Counted from the first letter of the stretch, positions 12,601-25,544 are shown. The stretch is DNA of 64,000 nt from Antedon mediterranea (GCF_964355755.1 NC_092675.1:8985812-9049811); one strand, 5' to 3'. The notes: generated from the sequence alone by a model not told the origin. A program made the numbers and translations.

Positions 12601-15600
12601 CGGGCCTGGTTAGTACTTGGATGGGAGACCGCCTGGGAATACCTGGTGTCGTAGACCTATGTTTAACTTTTTTAAATTATACTAAACAATGTTTATTTTA
12701 CCTTTCAATTATGTTTTTTGACAGTAACTATAAGATCTTTCTCAGTTATAATCTTGAACCGCAAGTAACCGAATGTCTACAACCATACCACGTTGAAAAC
12801 ACCGGTTCTCGTCCGAACACCGCAGTTAAACAACGTCGGGCCTGGTTAGTACTTGGATGGGAGACCGCCTGGGAATACCTGGTGTCGTAGACCTATGTTT
12901 AACTTTTTTAAATTATACTAAACAATGTTTATTTTACCTTTCAATTATGTTTTTTTACAGTAACTATAAGATCGTTCTCAGTTATAATCTTGAACCGCAA
13001 GTAACCGAATGTCTACAACCATACCACGTTGAAAACACCGGTTCTCGTCCGAACACCGCAGTTAAACAACGTCGGGCCTGGTTAGTACTTGGATTGGAGA
13101 CCGCCTGGGAATACCTGGTGTCGTAGACCTATGTTTAACTTTTTTAAATTATACTAAACAATGTTTATTTTACCTTTCAATTATGTTTTTTGACAGTAAC
13201 TATAAGATCTTTCTCAGTTATAATCTTGAACCGCAAGTAACCGAATGTCTACAACCGTACCAGGTTGCCTAGCCTGTGAATATCTGTTGTCGTACACCTG
13301 TTTTTATCTTTTTAATAATCCTAAAATATAGTCTCGTTTAAGTATTTCTATTTTCCAAAAATGTGTTTATACTGTTGTTGATGATAGTATAAGTAAATAA
13401 ATTCAAACTGTAACCGCAATTAATCGAAAGTTTTTCAACTAAACTGCATTGAAAACAACGGTTCTCGTCCGATCACTGAAGTTAAACAAGTTGTTGTTCA
13501 AAGACATGTTTGTAAGTTATAATCTTGAACCGCAAGTAACCGAACGTCTACAACCATACCACGTTGAAAACACCGGTTCTCGTCCGAACACCGCAGTTAA
13601 ACAACGTCTGGCCTGGTTAGTACTTGGATGGGAGACCGCCTGGGAATACCTGGTGTCTTAGACCTATGTTTAACTTTTTTAAATTATACTAAACAATGTT
13701 TATTTTACCTTTCAATTATGTTTTTTGACAGTAACTATAAGATCTTTCTCAGTTATAATCTTGAACCGCAAGTAACCGAATGTCTACAACCATACCACGT
13801 TGAAAACACCGGTTCTCGTCCGAACACCGCAGTTAAACAACGTCGGGCCTGGTTAGTACTTGGATGGGAGACCGCCTGGGAATACCTGGTGTCGTAGACC
13901 TATGTTTAACTTTTTTAAATTATACTAAATAAAGTTTATTTTACCTTTCAATTATATTTTTATGACAGTAACTATAAGATCTTTCTAAGTTATAATCTTG
14001 AACCGCAAGTAACCGAACGTCTACAACCATACCACGTTGAAAACACCGGTTCTCCTCCGAACACCGCAGTTAAACAACGTCGGGCCTGGTTAGTACTTGG
14101 ATGGGAGACCGCCTGGGACTACCTGGTGTCGAAGACCTGTTTAACTTTTTTAAATTATACTAAACAATGTTTATTTTACCTTTCAATTATGTTTTTTGAC
14201 AGTAACTATAAGATCTTTCTCAGTTATAATCTTGAACCGCAAGTAACCGAATGTCTACAACCATACCACGTTGAAAACACCGGTTCTCGTCCGAACACCG
14301 CAGTTAAACAACGTCGGGCCTGGTTAGTACTTGGATGGAAGACCGCCTGGGAATACCTGGTGTCGTAGACCTATTTTTAACTTTTTTAAATTATACTAAA
14401 CAAAGTTTATTTTACCTTTCAATTATGTTTTTTGACAGTAACTATAAGATCTTTCTCAGTTATAATCTTGAACCGCAAGTAACCGAACGTCTACAACCAT
14501 ACCACGTTGAAAACACCGGTTCTCCTCCGAACACCGCAGTTAAACAACGTCGGGCCTGGTTAGTACTTGGATGGGAGACGGCCTGGGAATACCTGGTGTC
14601 GTAGACCTATGTTTAACTTTTTTAAATTATACTAAACAATGTTTATTTTACCTTTCAATTATGTTTTTTGACAGTAACTATAAGATCTTTCTCAGTTATA
14701 ATCTTGAACCGCAAGTAAACGAACGTCTACAACCATACCACGTTGAAAACACCGGTTCTCGTCCGAACACCGCAGTTAAACAACGTCGGGCCTGGTTAGT
14801 ACTTGGATGGGAGACCGCCTGGGAATACCTGGTGTCGTAGACCTATGTTTAACTTTTTTAAATTATACTAAACAATGTTTATTTTACCTTTCAATTATGT
14901 TTTTATGACAGTAACTATAAGATCTTTCTAAGTTATAATCTTGAACCGCAAGTAACCGAACGTCTACAACCATATCACGTTGAAAACACCGGTTCTCGTC
15001 CGAACACCGCAGTTAAACAACGTCGGGCCTGGTTAGTACATGGATGGGAGACCGCCTGGGAATACCTGGTGTCGTAGACCTATGTTTAACTTTTTTAAAT
15101 TATACTAAATAAAGTTTATTTTACCTTTCAATTATATTTTTATGACAGTAACTATAAGATCTTTCTAAGTTATAATCTTGAACCGCAAGTAACCGAATGT
15201 CTACAACCGTACCAGGTTGCCTAGCCTGTGAATATCTGTTGTCGTACACCTGTTTTTATCTTTTTAATAATCCTAAAATATAGTCTCGTTTAAGTTTATT
15301 TTACCTTTCAATTATGTTTTTATGACAGTAACTATAAGATCTTTCTAAGTTATAATCTTGAACCACAATTAACCGAACGTCTACAACCATACCACGTTGA
15401 AAACACCGGTTCTCGTCCGAACACCGCAGTTAAACAACGTCGGGCCTGGTTAGTACTTGGATGGGAGACCGCCTGGGAATACCTGGTGTCGTAGACCTAT
15501 GTTTAACTTTTTTAAATTATACTAAACAAAGTTTATTTTACCTTTCAATTATGTTTTTATGACAGTAACTATAAGATCTTTCTAAGTTATAATCTTGAAC

Positions 15601-15615
15601 CGCAAGTAACCGAAC

Positions 15616-15735
15616 GTCTACAACCATACCACGTTGAAAACACCGGTTCTCCTCCGAACACCGCAGTTAAACAACGTCGGGCCTGGTTAGTACTTGGATG
15701 GGAGACCGCCTGGGAATACCTGGTGTCGTAGACCT
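15616..15735 (+). rRNA. 5S rRNA: 5S rRNA gene (last full copy of the array)
   Basis: Same roughly 120-nt 5S sequence (CTCCTCC loop-C variant), followed by the standard spacer. Confidence 0.9.
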
Positions 15736-15853
15736 ATGTTTAACTTTTTTAAATTATACTAAACAATGTTTATTTTACCTTTCAATTATGTTTTTTGACA
15801 GTAACTATAAGATCTTTCTCAGTTATAATCTTGAACCGTAAGTAACCGAATGT

Positions 15854-17033
15854 GGCAAACTACCAAACGTGATTTGAAGATCGGAGATATCAGTGAGAGG
15901 AAATTTGTCGTCCCTTTCCCTAAAACTGAAACTTTTTAAAACAGCTTCATCAGAGCACCAACATACCTGAATTTGCTACTCAACAAACTAAGAAATGCGG
16001 TAACAGTGAATAATTTTAAGTCTACTCTAAAAATATTTAATCCCAAAAGAAAAAACTCAACGTTTTGTATAGCATTGTAGGCTATATTTTTGTATTTAAG
16101 TACATATATAATATATATTTTTAGTCGCGTGGAAGCGACTCTATAGTTCACTATGTCGGTCTGTCGGTCTGTCGGTCTGTCGGTCTGTCTGTCGGTCCGG
16201 TATCACTATGCGTTTTATCGCTTTCTGACCTTATCTTGATATCAGTTTAATCTAGCTAGGTCAATTTTTCACAGTATATTCCTTATGGCCAGGAATCGAT
16301 GTGGTTATGTTTTCACGGTGCGCAATAAAAAATTACGTGGTCTACGCACGATTTAATGAAATCACGTTTGTAATCATATCTTCACAACCATGAATCACAA
16401 TTAAATACAATTTGGTACTCATAAATTTCAGGGCATAAATCATCATATGGCAATACAATTACGTGCGTAGCGCATGTAACGCATGCGTACGGGCGCTTAA
16501 AATTTTCAAAATTTATTTTCGATGAAATAAGAGTACGTTTCAGGCAATTTTAAGCGTTTACAAAATTGCCATGAGTGCGCATATTTTTGCGTGCGAACTG
16601 CCCGTTAAATGTTATTGCGCACTCTTTTTGCCCGGTTTCTGTTTTCTTGACTTACTTTTCAACTTGAAATTACGTTATACGAGCACGTCAAAAGTGACAG
16701 GCTACGCACGTGTAAATTAAAAATATATAAATGTTTTTAAACATTTCAACATTTTTAAACATGTTCAGTAATTTCGGTCAGTATAGTTCATTATGTCGGT
16801 CGGTCGGTCTGTCTGTCGGTCTGTCGGTCTGTCTGTCTGTCGGTCCGGTATCACTATGCATTGTAGCACGCGACTTAATGGCTGTTGGCCTTGTTTTAAA
16901 CAAAGTTCATCCGTTTTTCTTTTTCCATATATGTTTTGTTATAATGTTTATATGAGGGCCCCTTGATTGTCAGCATATGCTGTTTATGGTCACCCTCACT
17001 AAATAAGGTTTAATAAATAAAAAATAAATAAAT
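15854..17033 (+). mobile_element. 5'-truncated LINE (CR1/L2-like) 3' end that terminates the 5S array; interrupted by a HINE
   Basis: Decayed C-terminus (PFPKT..F.NSFI...LRNAVTVNNFKSTL), AT-rich 3' UTR and an (AATA)n tail at about 17012-17033. Confidence 0.6.
16118..16897 (+). mobile_element. Non-autonomous Helentron (DINE-1/HINE-like)
   Basis: Sub-terminal inverted repeats AGTCGCGTG / CACGCGACT, (GTCT/GTCG)n microsatellites, a 3' hairpin GGCTGTTGGCC followed by TTGTT, and T-rich insertion site. Confidence 0.8.
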
Positions 17034-17034
17034 C

Positions 17035-17178
17035 GTTCTTGTGAAACATGACCTTCATCCAAATGATTGGCCGTTGGGCAGAGTTGTGAACACAGCAGCC
17101 GCTGAAGATGGTCATATTCGTAAGGTGAACGTAGAAATGATTGTTGAGGATAGAAAGAAGACCATGCTGAGACCATAA
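17035..17178 (+). mobile_element. BEL/Pao LTR-retrotransposon pol C-terminal remnant (DUF5641-like); a probable LTR follows from about 17470
   Basis: Translates VLVKHDLHPNDWPLGRVVNTAAAEDGHIRKVNVEMIVEDRKKTMLRP, showing the WPLGRV...DG.IR.V.V...RP motif. Confidence 0.75.
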
Positions 17179-18702
17179 GTGAGCTAATATTAATAATTCC
17201 ATTTGAAGACTAGGTTTGCAGGAATTTGTTAGCATTATAGATAATGCATATATAGTAGTTTTAGTTAAATAATGGTTTTTAATAATAAATAAGTTAAAGG
17301 TAGCTTAATAATAATAAGATTAGTATCTTAATATCTCATGTTATATTAATGGTTGTAGCAAGTAAGGGTCTACTTATGTTAAGTCAGTAGCGCTAGTATT
17401 ATGTTATGTTGTCCCTCATACAACTTGGTATTATCAATCCATTTTTTTGATGATGCGGTCATCACTGGAGTGTGCTGTCCGTTTGAGGATTTTTATTGAG
17501 CGTAGCGCTCTCTGGGGTCGACTAAAGTCAGCTCTATCGCAAGGTTCGTTGCGGTTATGTTTTTCATAACAAATTAGTCATCTTTGAAAAATGTACTTTT
17601 AAGATGCAAAGTTAGCTGTGTTTAACACCGTCTTTATGTTTTCTGGTGAGTTTCGGAACCTATATAGTTATGTTTTTACCTTTACCTATCTGATAGTTGT
17701 TATTTTGTTAGCTGTTACTTATTATATTAGAAGCATTTTATGGATATTTGGTCCAACACGTTACCACGAGGATAATAAAGTGTGGCTCGTCGTTATTTCG
17801 AGCTTCTCATTAACGAAGAACTTATCTTAGCACTATATGCCGTATGTTAAGCCTAAAATACTACTAGCGTTTTATCCATATATATTTTAAGCACTAGAAA
17901 GTTATAATTTAATAGTATAATTTCGTTAGTTTCTGGTAATTTATAGCTTCTGCTAAAGGACCTCCATTCGCCGATTTTCCTAGTCATGAATATTTATGTT
18001 AGTTTTGAGATCGAGGGCGGTGTTTACCAACGTTATTATTTTTAGTGATAATATTATGTTTCTTTTTAGACATTTTAAAGTGATTTGCTTCCCGAAGCTC
18101 GCTCAGATTGAATTCGTATTATGTTGAGTCATACTCTGTAAGTTTATTCGTAATAATCAGTTATTATGCTTACATTCGATTGTTCATAGGTTTTGATGTA
18201 ACTGAAGTGCGTTATGCTAACGCTAAATTTTATTGTAAGAAATTGAAGATTGCAAACAGTTAATAATCTCTGTTTGAAGAGAATGTAATATTTCAACATT
18301 CTGACATAATTAGAACCTGTGGGAGAACAGACCAATGTTGACCTTGGAGTATTTTCATAATTAATAAATTTAATTAATTTTTTAATTACTTGGTTTTGTG
18401 ATAATTAAATTATTCTTAATTAATGAAGGTCATTCTTTTCCTGAGTTTGTAATAATTAAATTATTCTTAATTAATGAAGGTCTTTCTTTGTTTAGGAGGG
18501 GCGCGTTATTTATTAATATTAATTTTAAATGCTGTATATTATAATCTTAATCCTCTATATATATTTATATATATAAATCCAAAGGCAAATAACTGAAAAA
18601 ATGACAATGTTGTGGGTATCAGTGGCTGAATCTCAATGTAGATACAAAAAAAAAAGTGAAAAGGTAAATCAAAAGGATAAAGTAAAACAGCCTGAAACGT
18701 TA

Positions 18703-18739
18703 GCAGAGCTTTCGGGCAACACTAGCCCTTCATCATTGC
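18703..18739 (-). ncRNA. Minimal type I hammerhead ribozyme in the Penelope pseudo-LTR (C3 position mutated)
   Basis: Minus strand reads GCA-aUGAUGA-AGGGC uaguguu GCCC-GAAAGCUC-UGC, with a palindromic AGCU stem III typical of Penelope minimal hammerheads. Confidence 0.7.
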
Positions 18740-20208
18740 AAGTGAAGGATAAGAACTGGCAAGTGCTGCCTGGGTGGACAGGAACATGGAGTAACTCCTT
18801 GACAGGAATAAAAGAAATACAACAAAAGGAGACAGGGTGGAGTCTGAATAAGAGTAGAAAACAAAGAAGGTAGCTTGGTAGAGATACAGTATAAACAATT
18901 TTGGAATGAAACTAAAAAATAGCTTAGGCCTAAATGGTGGTTAATATCATGGAGTAAAGAATAATTACTCCATGTTAATATTGAAACTTAAATTTTGGTA
19001 GACAATGGAATAATTTTACCAACCTGGGAGTATGTTTCTAATGTTAAGTACAAAAGGTTTTGTGGTTTTAAGTTGTAATTCCCAGTGGTTTTCCTTGTCT
19101 TTGCGAGTTTTGTCACTCCATTTGACACATGGAATATTGCAATAACTCTGAAATTTGCAATCGAGTGACCAGCTGAATTAAAATGTTCGGCTACAGGTTG
19201 ATCAAGCTTTTTAAACATTAAAATGTTTTGATAGCTGATCTGTGTTGTGTCATTCTCATACGGAGAGTGTTTTTTGTTTCTCCGACGTACTGTTTGCCAC
19301 AAATATTACAGTATATGAGATAAATGAAGTTTTTGGTTAGACAATTAATTGATTGTCTTATCCGAAAAATGCGGCCAGTTTGGTTACTCTTAAATTTTTC
19401 AGTAAAATCAACCAATGAACAAGTTTTGCAAGATTTGCCGCAAAGGTGACTGCCCAAATTTTGACTGCCATGAGAGTTAATTTCACTCTTAAATTTGGAT
19501 CTGACTAATATATCACGAAGGTTGGGAGGTCTACGAAATGCAATAATGGGTGGTTCCGGAAAAACAGTCCTCAGACGTTATGTGGACTGTAGAATGGGCA
19601 TATGTTTCTCAATAAATTAATAGCCCGTAATGGAGGCAACCTAGGGTGATAGGTTGTGACCAATGGCACTCTGGTCGAACTTTGCTGACGTGGTTTGTAC
19701 GTCAGTGTTTGACATCGAGGAATATCTTTTGCTTTCTTTATAGTAGTTTCGATGTATTCCTTCTTGTAATTTCTATTCCGGAAATGTCCGGTTAGGTCTT
19801 CGGTACGATTCTGAAAATCTATATCTGAAGAACAGATACGTCTGATACGTAATGCTTTACTGTTCCGTATGTTTTTAGTCCAGTGTTGGGGATGACAACT
19901 GCTAGGGAGCAGGTACATATTTTTATCAGTGGGTTTACGGAATAGGTCAGTTTTGAGAGTACCATTTTCTATGGTCACTATAGTGTCCACAAAATCAACG
20001 CTACTAGTGGATTTGGTAACTGTAAATCTTAGGATCGATGGAGTGTTTTTTTACCATCACAGAAACAGATTTGGCCACCTTATCCGCAATTTCCGGGGTG
20101 GGTTCCGTTGTGAATTTACGATATATAATGAAGCTGTCTTAAGGATTCCTCTTAATAAAATTTGATGTCCATAGCAACAGTGGCAGAACCTTTATCAGCG
20201 GGTTTAAT

Positions 20209-20637
20209 TCAATTCAATTCAATTTCAATTTCTTTTATTTCGGAAATATCATCCATATTAATAAACGTATAAAAAATAAATAAAAAATCGTAAACTCTAA
20301 ACATAAATATATAGAATGCTTCTCCATCTACAATACATTTTGGAGTTATGGAGCATATTTTTGCAAACACAAGCAACAAGGATGTTACCACTATTCAACA
20401 TACGTTGCATAAAACCATAGGTAGATTTTAGCATGTACTCATTAAAGGAAGGGACACCATGTTCAATAAACATTGCACTGGCACTACTACTTCTAGAGAC
20501 ATTAAGTATACGGCGCAGAGCATTATTGTAACATACATTAAGAGATCTAATATTCTTCATACGATAGTTACACCAAAGGGCTGCACAATACATATTAATA
20601 CAGTAAGATCTAAAGAGACAACATTTAACATTGGTAA
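20209..20637 (-). mobile_element. 5'-truncated LINE 3' end inserted in the Penelope ORF
   Basis: LFRSYC..MY...LW.NY...YNNALRRIL......SAS.MF C-terminus, an (ATTGA)n tail, and a TTAAT duplication that splits the IIIKPADKG codons. Confidence 0.8.
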
Positions 20638-21431
20638 TTAATGATGATAGCTGACGCAATTTGGCAATGGCCTGCCTCTCTTGTTTTGAGAGATTGTCAC
20701 GTTTATCTGGACTCGGGACGTAGTTTTGGGTGGACGATTTTTAGGTGGATTCCAGGAACTTTTTGGTTTAAATTTGTTAACGTTGCCTTCGTTTTGCGTG
20801 GTGCTGCTGTCTGAATCAGCAAAATATTCACGTAATCGTAATCTTCTAGAGAAAGACTCTATATCCAAAGATAGTTGTTGTGCGCCGACCTGCCTTGGTT
20901 TTGGGCAGAATTTAAGTCCTCGGGAAAGAAGTTTTTTCTCTCCTTCGGGAAGTCGACAATTAATTTCAACAACTGAATCAGAGGTGTTGCTCTGATTCTT
21001 GTTATAAGTCCCAACGAACCTTCTGCAGGGTTTCCTAAAAGCCCTGAAGTCATCCGAAGGTAGAGTCATTTGTGTTGAAATGACCAAGTCTGCAGGTAGA
21101 CCAAATTTGTGATGTTCCCTTCGGGCCATTACCGTTGATTGTTTACGACAGTCATTGGCGATAATCCTGAGTTTGTTTTGAAACTAGGATGCAGGAAGTT
21201 CTCTTTTCAACTTCTTAGTTCTAGAGTGAATTTCAACGTCAAACTCAGTGAGTATTTTGCGGCAATTGCCAATTTGGATCTCATTGAGATCTCTAATTTT
21301 GTTCAAATACCTTTTTTAATAGATACAGTACTACATATCTACATAAATAAAGTACATAAAAAAAATTAAATTATATATATTTATAATTTTTTTTTTTTTT
21401 TTTTTTTTCGATCGAGATACGGTATTGTTCA

Positions 21432-21474
21432 GTCTATCTGAAGATCGTTTAACGTGAAACACCGTGTAATAGAC
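21432..21474 (+). ncRNA. Type I hammerhead ribozyme motif in a second, oppositely oriented pseudo-LTR-like segment
   Basis: Stem I GUCUAU/AUAGAC, core CUGAAGA, stem II CGU-uua-ACG (U-U at its base), GAAA, stem III ACA-ccg-UGU, cleavage triplet GUA. Confidence 0.75.
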
Positions 21475-22004
21475 GTCCGTGTTCCATCTACTTTATAAAA
21501 ATATATATTCGCTCTTGATTCAAATTGAGCACGTTTGCAGCATCAACGCATCTATATAAATTATATATATATATATAAATATGAATACAGGATTAAGATT
21601 ATAATATACAGCATTTAAAATTACCCACTATTAATTAATAAAATCACTTTAGATTAAGTTACTACAATCCTGAATTTGATTAGGGTGATTACTAAGCTTT
21701 CTTTTAAAATATGTCCAAGAGTTACAGACGGATGTATCTTTGAGATCCAAAGGCAAGGAATGCTAAATTTACCCGAATCCATACTTGTTATATATATTTG
21801 GCTTATAATATATAAGTTTTAATTGAAACTCTTAAACTATTTTTCCCTTTAGAATCGTAATGGTCATTTTATCGTCATTGATGTGATATATTTTCAATTG
21901 TTTTGTGCTAGTTCGATTAAAGTTAAACTTTATTCAATTAAACATGTTGTTTTGGGTGTTTTTTTTTTGCTGCTGGTGGTATCTACAATATCTAAGGTAC
22001 AAGT

Positions 22005-23230
22005 TCAAAGTTCAAGTTCAAAAAATATTTATTTATTCAACAATGGCATTATACAGTATAATATAATTATAGGTGTGTACATAAATAAAAACATAGTAAT
22101 AAGCCATCATTTGGGGTCTTCTCTAGAAGAAAACAAGTTTCTTGTCTCGAGAAAGACGCCAGAAACAATACACATACATTTACAATTTACTACATAAAAT
22201 AATAAATAAAAACAAAAACGATGAAATAAAAATAGATACTTTCAGTGTACTACAATCATAATAATATTAAAATTAGTATAAAGAAATAAGATATTTTTTT
22301 AAATTTTTTCGAAAAGTATAAAGAGATTTAAAATGCTTTAGTTTATCATCAAGATCATTCCAGATTCGCGGTCCTGAAACAGAAACAAAATATTCGGAAA
22401 TTTTCAGTCTAAAAGGAGGTACATCAAGATGCTGAAATTTATTGTCGATACGTAAATAGTACTTGTGTGATTTTTTATGATGACTTAATAGATTAGACAT
22501 TGTCACAGGGAGTTTGGTATTAAAGAATTGAAAAATAAAGGAAGCAATTTGTGTTGTAAATAGATCATGTAGACTAAGAATATTGAGTTTTTTAAGTAAA
22601 GGTTGGGAAGGGGCGAGATAGTGAGAGAAAGTAATAATACGGGCAGCACGTTTAATTTGTTTATTAAGTTTTTCTAAATTTGATGGGTAGTCGGCTGCCC
22701 AAATAATGTTGCAATAAAGAAGATGAGGTTGTATAAGGGTGTTATATAACTAGAGTAAGATATGTTGTGGAAAAAAGTGTCTTAATTTACAAAGGATGCC
22801 AATTACTTTAGATATCTTTTTAGATACATACGCTTGATGACTGGTGCATCTCAAGTATTCATGTAGATAAACTCCGAGGAATAGTACTTCGGGTTTACGT
22901 TCAACAATATTATTGTTAATGTAAATATTAAGATTAGAGAAATCAATTTGTCTTTGTTGAGTACGAAATAAAATGTAATTAGTTTTCTGTACATTAACAA
23001 TAAGCTTATTTGAGATGAACCAGTCAGTCATTTTATTTAGTTCAGTGTTGACGGTGTTATATAAGACATTGATATCAGAATGAGAAAACAAAATCGTAGT
23101 ATCATCAGCAAAGGATATGACTTTCAGAGTGTCACTTGATCTAGAAAGATCATTTACATAAATTAAAAATAGTAGTGGTCCTAAAACCGACCCTTGAGGC
23201 ACTCCGCAATTTACAGCCTCCACTGATGAT
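22005..23230 (-). mobile_element. 5'-truncated LINE (Jockey/CR1 group) RT C-terminal half
   Basis: GVPQGSVLGPLLFLIYVNDL...FADDT, SGPRIWNDL...FRKNLK and an (AACTTG)n tail. Confidence 0.9.
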
Positions 23231-23239
23231 TTAAGGTAG

Positions 23240-24035
23240 GCTATATACTTGGGGTAAATGGGGTCTCTAGTCTAACTTTAGAGGGGTCTGCCAGGGCCAA
23301 GGCAGTGTACAGATAGTCTGGAATAAGGTCATTTGGTATTTCTTACAATGTGCTAAATCATATAACATTGGTTGCTGGTGGTAACTACAATATCTAAGCT
23401 AGACCAGTTGGGGGAATGGAGTCTCTAGTCGAACTTTAGAGGGGTCTGCCAGGGCCAGGGCAGTGTACAGATAGTCTGTAATAGGTCATTTGGTATTGCT
23501 TACAATGTGCTAAATCATATAACATTGGTTGCTGGTGGTATCTACAATATCTAAGCTGGGCTAGTTGGGGGAAGGGGAGCCTCTAGTCTAACTTTAGGGT
23601 GTCTGGCACTTGCGGTGCAGCAGACAATTAGTCTGTTGTTATCCATTTAGTATTGTATGAACACAACTTGTTCATTTGGAATTAATTTTGAGTGGTACCT
23701 CACTCATCTATGCTAACCCGATTTTAGGCCCTCCCTCAGGGGGTCTGGCGGGCCTTTTGCAGCAGAGAAAAAGTCTGTCGTTTGTGATACTGGTATAAGG
23801 ATGCCAATGGGCATCCCATGGTGGTAAAATTAGGTGGTACCTATCTCATCTAACCTGGGCCGATTTTTTAGCACGTTTCAGGGTCCCCCCGGTCTAGACG
23901 CAGCAGGGGGTACCCGGCAGACTCCCATTTTCATTGACTTCAAGTGACCCCCAACACACTCAAATAGTCAGATAGCTCATCTAACCAAATGTCTCTGGGC
24001 TGCCGGTCTATAGAGGGCGCCCGGCTCCCGAGGTT
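23240..24035. repeat. Dispersed repeat with internal ~155-bp tandem units; a related copy lies at about 57340-57620
   Basis: Three to four degenerate units (GGGGTCTGCCAGGGCCA...TGTGCTAAATCATATAACATTGG). The block GGTCTA.ACGCAGC...GCAGACTCC.ATTTTCA...CTAACCAAATGT is shared with 57480-57600. Confidence 0.6.
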
Positions 24036-25544
24036 CAATTATAAATGGCATAACAGGTATTTTTCAAGATGCCGATTTTATTGAATACATGTCGCAATAT
24101 GATATTATTGGTTTGCTTTAAACATGGGAAAAATAGTGTCATATACAAAATTAGTGGATATAATTGTTTTTGGAAATTAACCGATAAACGTATTAGTTAT
24201 ATTGCAGAAGAACTTTATAGTGCAAGAAAATATATTTTGTGGGTGAAAATAAATGTTAGCATAAATAAGAAAGTAATTGGGTTTATATATAGACCTCCAC
24301 ATAACTCTAAATACGCATCAAATAACTTCTTTAACATATTGGCTGACGAATTTCTTCACTATATGTCAACATATAACCAGGAATATATCATAGGTGATGT
24401 TAACGGTCGAACTGGTAATGCGAAAGACTACATATCAAATGATGATTTCCCTTTAGGCTATGACGAGAACCTTAATGTCGATGTTGGCATCGACATTGTA
24501 AATCGTCTGAATAAGGATACTATGATTAATAATTATGGCTAGGACATTCTAGAATTGTACGATACGAATTGTTGATGGTAGAATAAACATAAAATGATTT
24601 TGTGTTTGCAATTACTTGCTATCAACGAGTAATAATGTTAAAAATATTAACTCCCTAAATATTGACGAAAGAATGAAATCTGATCACATGCCGATTTTTT
24701 TTAAAGTTTTATATGATTTACATGCGCATTGCCAAACAACGCAACCCACATTGAAGCAAAAATGGATATTAGATACAAATACACATGGGCAGATGACTAT
24801 GCTCAAACATTTAAAAATAGATGTTACCATGAGTACATGGACGAAATCGATAACAATTTCAAGTTGGCAATCAGCGAAAATAAAATTGAAATAGCTATTT
24901 CTTCATTTGAACTATGCATGTAAAGACATATTAAACCAATAATTAAAAAATCAGGAAAAGCAATTAATAATAATACCTGGTATGATAAAGAATGTATAAC
25001 CATGAAAATACAAGTTTAAAAAAAATTATCACAGTTTAGACATTTTCGAACAGAGGAATTTTTAAAAATATATATAAATACTAAAAGCAATTACAAAAAA
25101 CTATTAAAACATAAAAAAGTAGACTACTACAAAACAAAAAGGAAAAACATAATAAGACTCCTCAAAGATAACGATAAAAGATTCTGGCAAAACCTCTGAT
25201 AAGAAAAAAACAATCCATCAAATGAAATCTTATTAATGGAATGGCATCGATACTTTAGTAATTTATATTGCATCAAAGATAGCAATCGGTAGCAAACACT
25301 TCCAAAAATTGCAAACTTAGTGGACAACTTGCCCTATTTCAATCAAATATTGAACACAGAAATTAAATTAGATGAAGTCATAAGTGCATTTAAAGCACAA
25401 CAAAGGCTAAAGCCCCGGGTATTGATGGTATCAAGAGCGAAATATTATAATTGTCGCAAATTTTGTATATGAGAAAGTTAAGTTTCTCTTCAACTTAATA
25501 TTTGTCCGTGGGAATTTCCCTCAACGTTGCGCCACCAATGTGAT

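Larger units (their letters stand above)
1..15853 (+). repeat. Tandem 5S rDNA array: about 36 full-length 5S genes in 236/237-bp units, plus 10 complete and 2 truncated 678-bp pseudogene blocks. The array continues past the left edge of the window.
   Basis: Repeated GTCTACAACCATACCACGTTG...GGATGGGAGACCGCCTGGGAATACCTGGTGTCGTAGAC. Approximate starts: 156; 1070,1306; 2221,2458,2694; 3608,3844; 4759,4995,5232; 6146,6382; 7236,7472; 8386,8623; 9537,9773; 10678-11388 (4); 12302-13011 (4); 13546-14962 (7); 15379,15616. Confidence 0.97.
18575..21300 (-). mobile_element. Decayed Penelope-like retroelement (RT remnants plus GIY-YIG endonuclease), with most of the RT core deleted
   Basis: LSRGLKFCP, IIIKPADKGSATVAM, DLFRKPTDKNMYL..SCHP, IYLIYCNICGKQYVGET...RMTQHR and VAEHFN motifs across frameshifted ORFs. 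Confidence 0.92.

Noticed and set aside
2-14840. Repeated 89-aa ORFs (MGDRLGIPG...)
   Set aside because: Chance reading frames across the 5S gene and spacer, open only in the 236-bp unit variants.
1-15853. CRISPR-like repeat-spacer interpretation of the array
   Set aside because: The repeats are 120-nt 5S genes, the spacers are near-identical, the context is eukaryotic and there are no cas genes.
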